A stretch of 63,289 bases of DNA, filler included, from Perkinsus olseni (Eukaryota): NCBI GenBank assembly GCA_013115125.1. It is 23 parts of 23 records of this genome, joined end to end, with 100 filler letters (N's around TTAATTAATTAA, not from the genome) between each part and the next. Parts side by side here need not be neighbours in the genome. Positions count along the whole stretch, not along the records: positions 49,810 to 52,430 come from JABANN010001529.1; positions 52,531 to 55,150 come from JABANN010001530.1; positions 55,251 to 57,865 come from JABANN010001531.1; positions 57,966 to 60,578 come from JABANN010001532.1; positions 60,679 to 63,289 come from JABANN010001533.1; 18 more parts are not named here. One strand, 5' to 3'. The notes beneath the pieces are model-generated. The model had not been told where the DNA came from, searched no databases, and was given only the letters and a program-made list of their open reading frames with translations. Of this stretch, positions 49,810 through 62,583 are shown piece by piece. The stretch's first letter is position 1, and each line of letters starts with the position of its first letter. A program made the position numbers and the translations under genes.

Positions 49810-52430
49810 GCTTCCCAAACTTCCCCAACATAGGACGCCAGCGGTAAACCTTCGCACCCTCGATGAGATCTCTGCTAGCATGTCTCTTCACACGGCTCAT
49901 CAACTTCTCACGAACATCACGCCGTCGTAACCACCACACGTCAGCTAGCTCCTTTAATGCCACTATCCGCCCTTCACCTAATCGGTCCCGATACAACTGT
50001 GCAAGTTCCTCAGACCACCAAGTAGGAGGCTCGAGACCATCAAAGATCGCCTTCCTGATATCATCAGCCTCTTTCTTAGCATTAACGTCACCAATCATCC
50101 TGCTATGTCCTCGACAAACCAGGAAAGGACACAGTGGCGACCCATCAACATAGGGAGTCATATTGACGATAGTGACAGCTCTGCTCAGGATACGAAGGAA
50201 CTCGTCTTCAGTAGGAAGCTTGTGGTCAGCAGCCAGATCCCACAGACAACCACGAATGACAGCGTGCACGTCTCTATGGGCGCGCTCACCCCATCCTCTC
50301 AACTCTTCTCCACGAGGTGGGGCAGCTACCACCGTCGCGTCCCACTCGTCCGCAACCGACATGACCTCAGGCACATTGAGACCCTGGTCTACCATTAACA
50401 CCCTCGGAGGTCCTTCATCAGCAAGCAATCGAAGTAAGGCCCTGGAGGCACTTTCTCCGCCTTTATTATAGGCCACCTCAGACTTCACGAACTTCGACGA
50501 GTGACAGGACAGAGTGAAAACGTAAAGCTTCTTGGGATCACCACCTTCGTCCTTAGAGAGCTGATAGGGGCCCATAACATCATAGTAGGCGATGGCGAAG
50601 GGTTCGTACTTCACCGAGCATCCAGGAGGCCTTGCAGAGTGCGTCCGGCGTCTATTATCAGCAATTCTCCTCGCTTGGCAGCCTTCGCATTGCTGGTTCA
50701 GCATTCTCACCGTTCGATCGAGCCTCTTCCAATAGTAGCTTCTCCATACCCATCTGGTGAGAGTAGTACGACCCGGGTGTCCCCGATGCTTATCATGCAC
50801 CCATTTAGTAACAAGGGACTGCAGGTCTCGACGGACTTCCGGAACCACTATTTGATGGCAAACGCACGAGTCACGGCCGGAATCATCAAGAGAAACGCTG
50901 CCAGTGCGATAGATATGGCCATCATGCAGCTCATAACCGTCGATAACACCATCAGAGACCTTGAGCTTCTTGAAGATACCCTGAAGATCAGGGTCGGAAG
51001 ATTGAGCGTTCAACAACAGACGGCGAAGATCTTCATCTGGTTCAAGCGAGGGGACGTCCTTATGCAAGTCTACCACCGCATTCACCACCGCATCGGTAGA
51101 GGCCAGAGCTTCATCTAGTTCATCCACAACCTCATCACAGCCTGAAGTTGCGGTGACCGAGAACGTGGATATAACCTTGGCCTTACTCAGAGTGGCTTCG
51201 ATATTCTTGCCGGACAACAGCATCATCTTGGCCGGACTGTCATTTGTGCCTGGGCGCGTCCCAAGATCCGCAGGATTCTCCGCCCCAGAAATGCTACCGA
51301 TGCAGATGTAGCGACGATAATAGGAAGCCATATCGCGAAGACTTCCGCGCAGCTTGGTCATACGGCGCAACTCAAACTTCGGGAGGTACTTGGCGTCGAG
51401 AGCAGGCGACCGGCGGAGCCTCCAAGCATTAAGCTGAGAGTCAGTGAGAATCCACAGCGCCTCTACATCATAACCGTCACTCACCACCACGTCAATCTCC
51501 TTAAGGATTGTGCTGAGTAGTTCGGCAGCCAAGACAAGACCACAGAGCTCTAAGCGGGCAATAGACCATGAAGGATTGAGAGTACGCTGACGTGCGACAA
51601 TCCTCCTACCACTAGAGATGGCTCTCGCGTCCGCACAGATGCAGCCTGTACCAGCAGCATCGCAGTAGATGACAATACCAGAGCGGATGTCAGTGAAGCG
51701 TGGCTGAGGAGGGAGCTTGGTGTCGAAAAGGGCACGTATACCTTGAACTACCTCGTTTGGGACATCGGCTGAGTCCCAGCTGGCAGTGCTATGGGCTGCT
51801 TGTCGAAGGAGCCATCGTTCCCTCGCTGCTGCTTCAATGTGAATACCGAGTGGGTCGAAGTACTTTCCCAGAGTCTGAAAGCAATCACGTCTGGTCCTAA
51901 GGGGGCGTTCACTAACATTAGGCAGTATCACCGAGAGAGAATCCTCTACAAGATTCCACTGATAACCGAGAACCTTCACAGGTTTAGTAGATGTCGTTAT
52001 TGTAGGCGCTATCTGAGGCTGGGAGACATTGAACTCCGGATCATATCCGAGAATAGCTTTACTTGGCTGGCACTCCATCCGATATCTCTCAGCCAGCACT
52101 TTTCTACCGAGGCTGCGACGCTCCAACAGCTTATCTGGAGACCAGCTGGTATACAGCAGGTCGTCCATATAGGCGAAGAAGGCCGCGAGAGTACTACCAT
52201 CAAGATCATTGAGTACAATGCCAGCCTCCTCCAGCACACAGGATAGTATGGCAGGGCTGCAGACCAGCCCAAAGGGCAACCGCAGACACCTGAACACCGT
52301 GTTGTTGATGCGAAAGTTAATGAACCTAGAGTCCTCTTCCGGTAAAAGTACTTGGAGAAAGGCCCTGGTGATGTCGTCCCAGCAGGTGTACGGAGCCAAT
52401 CGCCATCTCAACAGTACTTTCTGAAGTGCC
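49810..52430 (-). mobile_element. LTR retrotransposon pol fragment: BEL/Pao-type RT and RNase H, followed by integrase
   Basis: RT: LLRWR...DITRAFLQV, RLPFGLVCSPAIL, YMDD, KVLGYQW...DSL, TRR.....GKYFDPLG. RNase H: YCDAA, SIARLEL, TDSQ, ENPADLGTR. Integrase: HHCC finger, YDVMGPY, VDQG, GWGERAH. One uninterrupted ORF. Confidence 0.96.
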
Positions 52431-54835
52431 NNNNNNNNNNNNNNNNNNNNNNNNNNNNNNNNNNNNNNNNNNNNTTAATTAATTAANNNNNNNNNNNNNN
52501 NNNNNNNNNNNNNNNNNNNNNNNNNNNNNNATTCATGAAAAGTAGGTTGGGCTTCAATAAGGAGCCCTTCCTAGAGATAGTGCGGTGCGCAGCACCAACC
52601 GCACATCAAACTTTGATGAGCATGCCTAGATTGCGCCCAAGTAGCTAGCGCATTCCAGATGTGGGTGCTGCAATGTGTACCGGGATAGTGGGCGACAGTG
52701 CTTGACTCATCTACGCGTCTGTGACGTACTATTGCTACGTACATTGGCTAGTCCTGCATCTGTATATAATATATCTGTACGCGCAGGGCGAGCGCGACGC
52801 GCGAAAAACGCGCGATCGATTTTTTTTCATCAATTGCAGAATAATATATCAGAAATAATTACAGATTCTGAATGAACATGAAATTCTCTATCATTATGAT
52901 AGAGAATTTCATTATCATATAATAGTATCATATGACATTCTCAATTTTCTGCGTCTTTATTAGACACTTCATCGCAAAAATCGGTCACCCGTGGAATATT
53001 CTCGCTTTGCCGCAGCACACTGTGGCCGGCTAGCCCATCAGCAATCAAGTGTTTGAGCGGCAGGCAAACAGAAGTGGAAGAAGTAAGCAGTGAAAATTTT
53101 TCACTGAAAAATTTCTTCTGTTTTCACAATGTCCTTCCTGATTCAAGAAGGTCCAGCGTTACCTCGGGTTCCGTCACTAATGAATCGCCCTCCCCCGTGA
53201 GCACTGCTGCTACCCCAGCTGTCGGCCACGGCTCCTTCATCATCGATTGTGACAATCATCTCGAGGGTGATTAATCGCCAGCTCTGTCCGCTGCCGAATC
53301 TGTGCTCAAAGGGCTGACGTATGATATCCCTAGCCTTGGCAACTCTGATGAGTAAGCGACCAATTGCAGTGAATTCGTACTCTTACCTGCTGCTGGTGCT
53401 TCTTCCGCACCCCGTAGATCTTTTATATCCAACCGGCGAGACCTGACTATATTCTGCATTCATGATGCATACATGATTTATAATACCATCGAGCACCACT
53501 GCGAAGTCAAGTAGTAGGTGCTCTCATCACCTGTTCATATAACGGCGTTATAATAACGCGGCTACAGCCGTTGTGCATGTCGTCGTCGTATTAAGGAAAT
53601 GATCCATGACTTTATAAACACATCTTTTTGGATTACTTAGCGAATCCCGCTGTCATCGATTTATCCTATGTATCAAAATGCGACTAATCGGCTTGACACT
53701 CGGTCTCCAATGGAGAAGGCTAAGAACTAGAGGGTACGGTCTAGTACGGAGTACGGTACGGGTACGAGTACGGCTCCGTACCCGTACTCCAACCAATGCA
53801 TTAGACCGGAGGGAATCGCGCATAACAACTGCTTATTATTCAACTTTGGGAACATCGTTAACTCGCAGAAAAGAAAACAGAACAAATCAAGTAAGTGTTA
53901 AAGATCTCAACTGATTGGCCGCCTGTGGCCATGGTGGCTGCGGCTGCAGTACCTAAAAGATCCGCTTCATTAGGTACGCCCTATGGTGATAGTCACCATG
54001 ACGCAATATGGTAGAACGGTTCTACTAGAGCCCAGGGTGACAGGTAGATAGCGCGTTACCCAGATTATGCTGATACGCCTCAGCTCATTGCTGCCGGCTG
54101 AGCCTTAGGCTGGCGTATTGGTGTTCCAGTCTAATGCGTTGTTCAATCTTGTAAGTACTGATCAGTTGATTTGGCGACCATGCCCGGTCTCCGCCCAGAT
54201 GACACATCGGCAATGAGCCCATCGGCGACTGAGGAACTCTCTGAGCCCAAGGGTGAGATTCAGGGTAGCTTGCGCCCGAAGGCGTCCGACCGAACCTGTC
54301 TGGGCCTTACACTGCAAGTTCTAAAGCAGCGTCATGAAGATCGCAGCGAGTCACTGGGTGACTGTCACTCCCTGAAAAGGTTGGTCCCCATTTGGGGTAG
54401 CTTGCTGAATCCACACTAACACTGTCAGTTACAGTGTTAGTGTCAGTCTGTCACAGAGTTACATTGCCACGGGTTGCATGATTCCGCGGTTGCACATTTT
54501 CACACATTGTCACATGAATTCTGAATTCCGAATTCATTTCGCTGTCGATCACAGGGGTGCGCGATAGACGGACGCTCAAAAAAACTTCCACTCGATTCAT
54601 AATTCCATGGTTCGAACTAGCTTGACAAGCATAGCCCGGACAAGCCCAGTGGCCATACACCTAGGTAGTAGGCACGAATCCCCCCCCGAGCACAGATTAT
54701 AATGCTTCTCGCTATACAGTATACGATTTGGTCACGCCACCAGGTCGGTTGGGCATAAGGCGGTCATCCACCTGAATTTAGTATCTACTCACAATCGAGA
54801 AAGCCCATGTCAAGCCATCACACATTGGAGATGCA

Positions 54836-55030
54836 CCCGTAAAACGCGTAGAACAGTTTTACGCGAAGTGTTTCACGCGTAAAACGCGATGTGTTGTGTA
54901 GTGATACCACTTCGCGGTATTAAGCGCGCGTTTAACGCCATAACGCGTGAAACGGCAATGCCATAACGCAGTATAACGCGTACTACGCGTTATCGCGGTA
55001 GAACAACGCGTATAACACAACGCGGTGCGG
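54836..55030. repeat. Degenerate ACGCG/TAACGC short-motif array
   Basis: Dense AAAACGCGT, TTTACGCG, TAACGCG and TAACGC units in both orientations. Confidence 0.6.
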
Positions 55031-55250
55031 CGGTTCACATCTATTTTCGCACTACCGAATCCGCGATTAACTTAAACACAGCTCAGCGCACTCGCGTGAC
55101 TCAGAAACAGCACATACGCGTTGCACCATGCACTCACCATAGCCCTAGTGNNNNNNNNNNNNNNNNNNNNNNNNNNNNNNNNNNNNNNNNNNNNTTAATT
55201 AATTAANNNNNNNNNNNNNNNNNNNNNNNNNNNNNNNNNNNNNNNNNNNN

Positions 55251-55323
<73 letters not shown>
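55251..55323 (+). repeat. (AGT)n microsatellite
   Basis: Perfect run at the contig start. Confidence 0.97.
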
Positions 55324-55326
<3 letters not shown>

Positions 55327-55399
55327 ATGATAATGAGGGTCGGCGATTTGATAGTTACTCTCTCGGACCATCCGGCTCGACTACTCTGACTCGTCTGGG

Positions 55400-57865
55400 T
55401 GAACTGAAGGGAGAATATCAAGCAGCCAAGAAGAAGAAGGGCGGTGGTAGCAGCAGCGCTACCAGCCGGGCCTTGTCGGTATGCTTCGGTATCGTGTCCA
55501 AAGGAGGAGACGATAGTAGCTATCGGACGATATTCTCGGGAAACGACAGAGGAGTGGTTAGTGAATGGCGAGTGGAAGTGAAGGAGGGTGATGACGGTAG
55601 TATAGGAGGGGAAGGGAACGATAAAGCCACGCGTGTATGACATTCCCATGCATCTACGTAACCGGTCCCGGGCTCGAATCCCACGTTGGGCATTTTTCAG
55701 GAACTCTTTCTATGGGCAACACTACCTGTGTATCGGATAGTATGCGTATCTTACCTCATACTAATGCCGGTGGTGGAGTATTGATATGGTCTTTGAAGGC
55801 TCTGTCGAAAGACAGGGTCGTATCCGGCGACTCTTCTGGCTGCTTGACACTGTGGGACGTCGACAAGCACGTCCAACTGCAGAGGGTAGTAGGAGGGAAT
55901 CCGATTAACCGTTCTCCGGAAAATGGGGGATTTATTCCGATTCGATCTGTGGTGTATCCCCTGGTGTGCAGATACGGGAGCATCAGGCGGATATCCTGTG
56001 TATGACTGTACGAAGAAGTGAGAAAAGGGATAAATGCCGGCGATGGGATTCGATCTACGGGTCTTTGGGATGATAGGTCATGGAGCTTTCCGTTAGGCTC
56101 GGAGAACCATGATTTGGCCATCTTTACAACCGGTGTCGATGCCAAGATATCGAAGTTCGCCGAAGCAAGCAATGGCGAGCTCACTGTGAAGACATCGTGA
56201 GGTTAACCCGTTTTGAGCCAGCTTGCTCACCTGGAATCTTTTAAGGTACTTCGTCAATCGTCGTGATGTTAACGCTATCTCCCTTCACCCGCAGCGGGAG
56301 GTACGCGAGGGTTGCTCCTATTTGGATCTGTCGGTACGTGTGCATGCGTGCAGATTCTTGTGTGCGGTGGTAATGATGGTCAATTGGTGATCACGTCCAC
56401 TAAGGCCCAGTTTACTCCTACTAAGCTTCCACAGTAATGAGAACGCTCCCAAGGCGCGATGAAGCTAGTTTACGATTTTTCTATCAGTTTCCACGGCCTA
56501 GCATCTTCGCCCTCGGGTGGCGGAGTTGTCCGTTGCAGCAGCTCACGGAGATTGGTGCTCACTGTGTGGCGGAATTCTATGAAGATATGGTAAGTCGGCA
56601 CAAGAGTTACCGAAGGAGTGGTATGGCAACACTTCCCTGGGCGCAGGTATATACCCGATAAAAGCGCTTCTGCCTCCATTGCTGGCTCTGGGTCGAACGA
56701 ATCTTTGGACACGCTGGCCAACGGCGGAGTTGGAGTGGATACCCCCACCCGAACGAACAAGCCGATCTGCCTGCAGGAGGTTGCCCTGAGTGCACCTGAC
56801 CACATCGTCGCTTCTGATATGAGCAAAAATGGCGAGTACGCTAGGCTGCGTTCAACTCCTTCGTCGATTGGTACCAAATTTCCTCAGAATCATCGCTTGT
56901 TGCACAGCCAGTGGCGGAGTACGTATCTTTTCCTTCGTACTAGACGAGCTCGAGCTGTCGAGGTTGGCTGTCGTGCCCGACCTCAAGAATGTCACGGCTC
57001 TCTGCCTTGACGACAACTCTCAGGGTTCCAGTATATGGTAATACCAAAAATCCCCTCTTTCATCGGCTAACCTGGTTGTTTTCAGCTACGCTGCTGATAG
57101 CGATTCGGGAAGGATCCAACGTCTCGACGCCTCAGCGCCTACCGAAGAGCATGCCCCTTGGGGTGAGCTGCTACGGATGGGCAGTAAGGGTGGAAACTGG
57201 AGTGTCGTTCAGGTTCCCCTTTCCGAGGCGTGGTCACTCGGATGGCTCTGTCCCCCGTCGCGAAGAACGGCAGCAGGTGTTTGGTGGTGGCCGACAGCTA
57301 CGGTGATGTCCACTGGTAGTAGAGGAGGTCGTGGGTTCGATCCCTGCAAGGGGTATTTTATTCAGCATGGGCATATCGGAGTCGGGCTCGGAACCAGCAT
57401 TCTCCCGTACGTGCTGCCTTCCTTCCCATCGCCGTAATAAGAAGGCTAAGCGCCGTCTCGGAGCCATCGAGAACCGCAACACTGGGAAGATCTTTGCCAC
57501 CTCGATCAGCTTCAGCAAAGATGGCAATCTATGGTGGGTAGAGAAATGCCGCTGCTGGGAATCGAACCCGGTACCTCTTCTCAGCTTCATCACTAGTAGC
57601 AGCTCGATGCTGTACTGCTTCAAGATTGGCCCGAAGGCGTTCGACCTTCTCTGGCACGTCGACGTTCGGACGAACATCATCAGCCAAACCAACCGGCAGC
57701 ACACCAAGGGCGTGGCTGTGGCGGAGTCTCGCGTCGAGATCCCCGGCCAGATCTTCCACACAGTGCAGGTGACCTCAGTAGAGGCGCGAACCAAGCAGGG
57801 CTCACCTACTACCAGTGTCAAGGTCGTACTGTAAGTTGATTCGGGGTTGAGGGAATCCACTTGCA
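55400..57865 (+). CDS. UTP4: U3 snoRNP-associated WD40 protein UTP4/cirhin-like, multi-exon, partial
   Basis: LIWSL.....RVVSGDSSGCLTLWD.....LQR|IREHQADILCM, IFTTGVDAKI, RDVNAI, LVCGGNDG and HIVASDMSKNG, in the order seen in UTP4. Confidence 0.78.
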
Positions 57866-57965
57866 NNNNNNNNNNNNNNNNNNNNNNNNNNNNNNNNNNN
57901 NNNNNNNNNTTAATTAATTAANNNNNNNNNNNNNNNNNNNNNNNNNNNNNNNNNNNNNNNNNNNN

Positions 57966-60578
57966 ACTAATTACAGTGTGATACAGCCTGTGCATTCATG
58001 TTTGGCAGAGTGAAGTGATGAACCTCCCAGTTTAGTTTCTCCAGTGTCTCCTTATATGCCTGACGAATAGAGATGCCGCATAAAAAATCTCCTACGCCCG
58101 CTTACAGTATATATTTCCGGGTCACTGTGCTGGACCCAGTCTTGGAACACTCCAACTTTGATTATACGATTCTTCCGCGGAGGCGCTGCCAGCGCATGTA
58201 GATGCACTGGGGGCCTGCCTCTCGATCCATACAGGTAGTCATAGACATGAGTTCCTGATGAGAAGAGACGGCTGCGATGCATGTAAACGTCTCTGGGTCG
58301 TCTGCCTGACTAGGAGTCCTACAGTATAATCATTCATCGAGATGAGTCATAACAATTTCTTGGCAGTCTTTCGCCGGCGGCAAGTCTACTGACACTAGGG
58401 CCGCCGTCGAAATGCACGACGACTGAGGAGTATGTTTTCATCATACCTTGGTGCTCGGTCTTGCCTATAACTCTGAGGACGTGCGCTGCATCAGCCACTG
58501 TTGCTGCAATGGGGCCACAGTGAGTGACAGTCGAAACAGGAGTCCCAGTAGTCTCAAAATTGACCTGTGCCAGACGAGAAGAATACCAGTGGCCTATGGC
58601 TGTCAGATAAGTTTACCCGGCCAAAGGTGGGCGCGAGACCAACCACTCCAGACCATGATGATGGTATTCGGATAGATCCACCACCATCCAGCCCGATAGC
58701 GAACGGCACCTGAAGCAAAAGGTAACCAAAACCCAAAACTAGGGCTGCTGAATTAGCCAGAGCACGTCTGTAATCGGCAGAGCTGATGAGGCCGACTCAT
58801 TCCATATCGCCCGGACTGCATACCCGGACCGGGTAACCCGGTACTGGAGATTCCGATGAGACCGGAACAAACTTAAGAGGATCAGATGATGGTCTATAGA
58901 CGCCGCATACGCCGCCGTCACTTACAATGCCGGAAGCCACGATTGTGGCACTACCGCTGGAGCTACCCCCAGAATAGCGTGATACGTCGAAAGCGTTGAC
59001 AGGGCCTTCATACCATTCTAAGGACAATTAGGAGCTCCGTTGTACTGTAGACATTCATTCACAGGTTAATTTCATCATCATCATCATCATCATCATCAGC
59101 GGTGTATGTAAATTTACTGTTATATCCAAGAGGCGAGGTCCCATACTCATGCATAGTTGCCGTTCCCAGGAGAATCGCTCCGGCATCGAGAAGAGCTTGA
59201 ACCACAGGGTCGTTAACATCCTGAATAATGAGTGGGCAATGGGCAATGGGCAATGGGCAATGGGCNNNNNNNNNNNNNNNNNNNNNNNNNNNNNNNNNNN
59301 NNNNNNNNNNNNNNNNNNNNNNNNNNNNNNNNNNNNNNNNNNNNNNNNNNNNNNNNNNNNNNNNCTGGGCAATGGGCAATGGGCAATGGGCAATGGGCCG
59401 CAGACGACACTGTGACTGGCAGCATCGCCGAGAAACTCGTTGGTCCAGCGATACTTCGAGGATCTACATACCGAGCCGATGGTGCCTGGGAGAGGGTTCT
59501 TCGGGTTCGTACCGTGCAGGTTAGGGAGGCCTTTAACCTGAAAAGGCTCGTCCGATAGCAGATAGGCCAAGATGCGAGTGGGTACTTACTCGTAGGTCAC
59601 CCTTGACCACGAATGGAACTCCGTCAAGCATGGAACGAGACTTGCTTTCGGCAAACCTTTTCGAACTCGCTTGCGCCATAATAATGATCTCATTGTGAGG
59701 TAGCATGCACTCTATAGCCTTGAGAGTGGGGTTCATCTCCGAGATTGCCCGAAGGGCGCGCTGAATGACGGATGAATGCACAGTTCAGAAGTACCAGGCA
59801 GCTCCACTAACCTTGATGACATTTGTAGGCATCTGTCTCTTTGAAATATATGCTCTATGATAGTCTTCAACTGTTCGGTAGGGATGCCGACTACCCTCCA
59901 ACTCATCGAAGAACTGCGTCGCATTCTGTTGAAGAACAACGAGGAGCTCCCAATCGAGAACGCACGTTTCCAGCCGCTCTAAAGTTCCAAGCGAGGAGCG
60001 CATTCGGGTATCGCCTCTAACCTCTGTCTAAGCGGATAACTTGATGAGCCATCTCAGATTGCGCCTCATGATAATCATCACGGGCAGGCGAGAATCTCTA
60101 GCAGAGAGTCTCAATGGGTCTCTCCAGACTCACCTGCTCTAGCCTTTTCTGCTCGTCTTGAGCATGCCTCTGAGCAGCCTCGAAACTATCGTCATCTGGA
60201 AGGAAAATGCACTAGGTAGCAGCGACTCGAGTCGACAAGAACTGAGTGAGTTCGATGTTTGCAATTGCGGTTGAATGCATCTCAGCCTGACAAACTCACC
60301 AAGGCGGTGAATGGGCATCGTCACGGATGGCGTCCGGTGATCGACCTGCAATGCCAGCTGCCGGAGTACCTCTGGCTGAATAGAAACACTAATGAGCGAG
60401 CTCGATAGATGGGGTGGCTGGACACGGCGATTTGCGCTTCGGTTCGACCTCACAGTCGATTACGGCAGAAATTTTGACGCGGGCGGTTTCTAGGCAGCGA
60501 ATTGCCTTAGGCAATTTGCCTATCGCCGAATTCTTACATGGTTCGCATTGAGGAGGAGCCTTCTGAATACACGGCCTC
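57966..60578 (-). CDS. Amidase signature enzyme (fatty-acid amide hydrolase-like), multi-exon, both ends truncated
   Basis: LDGVPFVVK, LLDAGAILLGTATMHEYG, NAFD..RYSGGSSSGSA, AIGLDGGGSIRIPSSWSGVVGL.PTFGR, HCGPIAATVAD. The Lys-Ser-Ser triad is intact. Confidence 0.93.
59233..59398 (+). repeat. Intronic (TGGGCAA)n heptamer repeat spanning a scaffold gap
   Basis: The heptamer repeats on both sides of the 99-N gap. Confidence 0.9.
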
Positions 60579-60678
60579 NNNNNNNNNNNNNNNNNNNNNN
60601 NNNNNNNNNNNNNNNNNNNNNNTTAATTAATTAANNNNNNNNNNNNNNNNNNNNNNNNNNNNNNNNNNNNNNNNNNNN

Positions 60679-60809
60679 GGGATACCCCCAGTTTGGACTT
60701 GCCCCGGCAGGACATCTATCAAGCGGTAGACAGCATCATTAACGTCAGCTGCGACGAAGTAGGTTAGGGAAACAAGAACGGCCAGTACCAAGTGCGGGAG
60801 GACTAGCAT
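60679..60809 (-). CDS. N-terminus of a secreted protein (truncated)
   Basis: Signal peptide MLVLPHLVLAVLVSLTYFVAA. Confidence 0.45.
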
Positions 60810-62490
60810 TATGATAAGGGAGAACAAGCAACTGATTCAACAGATGCTCCTCTTTATTACTGCCAACACGGGAGAATGTTTCGAAGCAAAAGCGATCTTT
60901 GAAGCACCTCGCTGGATGAACTAAGATTTCTAGCCATTTTGTGTGTCTAGCCTCGGCACACCATAAGATGTCCATTATCGCTGAGCTTTCTTCTATAATA
61001 TGAAGAACCATCATAGGAACCACAGTCATTGACGTGTCATCGCTCTTATGGGAAAGAACAAGACAATGACGACGCTGTCTTCGAAGTAATGCACTATACT
61101 CTGTGCAGCACGCACGCTCATACGCGCGTAGTAGTCCTCCTGAGAGACTTGGATTAAGCATTCACGTGGGTCTGAGCTACGTTGGAAATGACTACATCCT
61201 TCCTGAGAGCAAGGCCGCGGCGGGGCTGCCACTCGGCTCGAATGGTTCTGCTAAAACTAACTGCTTCCGTGGGCTACACGGTCGGCGCTTCCGAATACTA
61301 CCAACAAAAATAGGAAACAAGCGAGGAATAGTCTTCTCGCCGGGCAGGTGATCACTACTTCGACGTAATAGTCACAGGAGACGTTCAATCAGATTTTTCT
61401 CCAGGTGCCCGAGGGTCGCGTCTCTGGCAGAAAAGATCCAACCTGAGCACCAACGGAAGGTTTTCCTCGAAGCTTTATGAATGGGCGTTTTCGATGTACA
61501 GTACGGTGCGTCGAGTAGGAATGAGGTCCACCACGGATTTCAGTAAACCAACGGGGCTTTGGGGTGAGTTGGACGAGGAAAATGGCCTGGAATTGAGGCC
61601 AGGCGTTCTCCATCTGGCCACTACAAGTGCATAGGATCCACTGCCTCCTCGGAGGTAGCTTTAGTTCGGCGTGACTTCCGAAATGCTACGACTGAGGCCC
61701 TGCCGCCAGTAACACAGAAGGCCAAACTCAGAATGAAGCTTGGATTTGGCCGCTATAGCTATCCTGGCTGTGGTAAGCTCTTGTCTCTAGTCGACGAAAC
61801 AGGTTCTTCTGGCATAAACCTTTGAATACACTACCCGCAAACGAGCCGGGGAAATCTCAGACGCTAAATCTGAGGTCTACTCTGGAGACATCAACGCGGT
61901 CGAGAACTCCTGTCAGTGATAATGCCCTACGGTAGGGCCGCTGTCACCGTGCCATCTACTGTATCTGTCCATTGATGCATCTGAGCGCTTCGTTTCGCCG
62001 ATCTGTCCAGGGATATGCAAGATCTCCGTTTTCCAGTATGGTCGTTGTTCGTCATCCGGTTCATCTGCTCGTGGTTCTAAGAAGGACTTATTCAGGCCAG
62101 CTATCTCCACCCCCCATTGGGGGTCGTGCTACTACACTTAGTTGACTTAGCTAAACGCATGGAACAATGTGCACGTTCGACTCTATCATAAGCAATAGTA
62201 TTGCGATTAAGCCGGCCAGCAACGGATCGATGCACAGACTTACGTGTTTCAGTCTGCACGTCAGATGCTCGCCAAAGATAAGGGCGATAAGGCAAACATA
62301 TAAACCAAGAGCCTTGGCATGTGACATACAGTAAAACAGAAGTTCGTTGTGGAGTCGATCATGATCATTGCCTCAGGCTTGAGCATTGACGACCTCCCAC
62401 TGACAACTCAAGAAGGAAAGACAGATACGTAACCAGCACTACCTGTCTTTATCACATTAAATGGAGACTTCAAATAAGAAGATGAGCAAG

Positions 62491-62583
62491 CAAGAAAGTT
62501 CACATAGAGATTAACTCAAGAAAGAAAGTTCACATAGAGATTAGCTCAAGAAAGAAAGAAAGTTCACGTAGAGATTAGCTCAA
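62491..62583 (+). repeat. ~30-bp tandem repeat (3 copies) at the 3' end of the mucin-like gene
   Basis: AAGAAAGTTCAC(A/G)TAGAGATTA(A/G)CTCAA three times. Confidence 0.85.
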
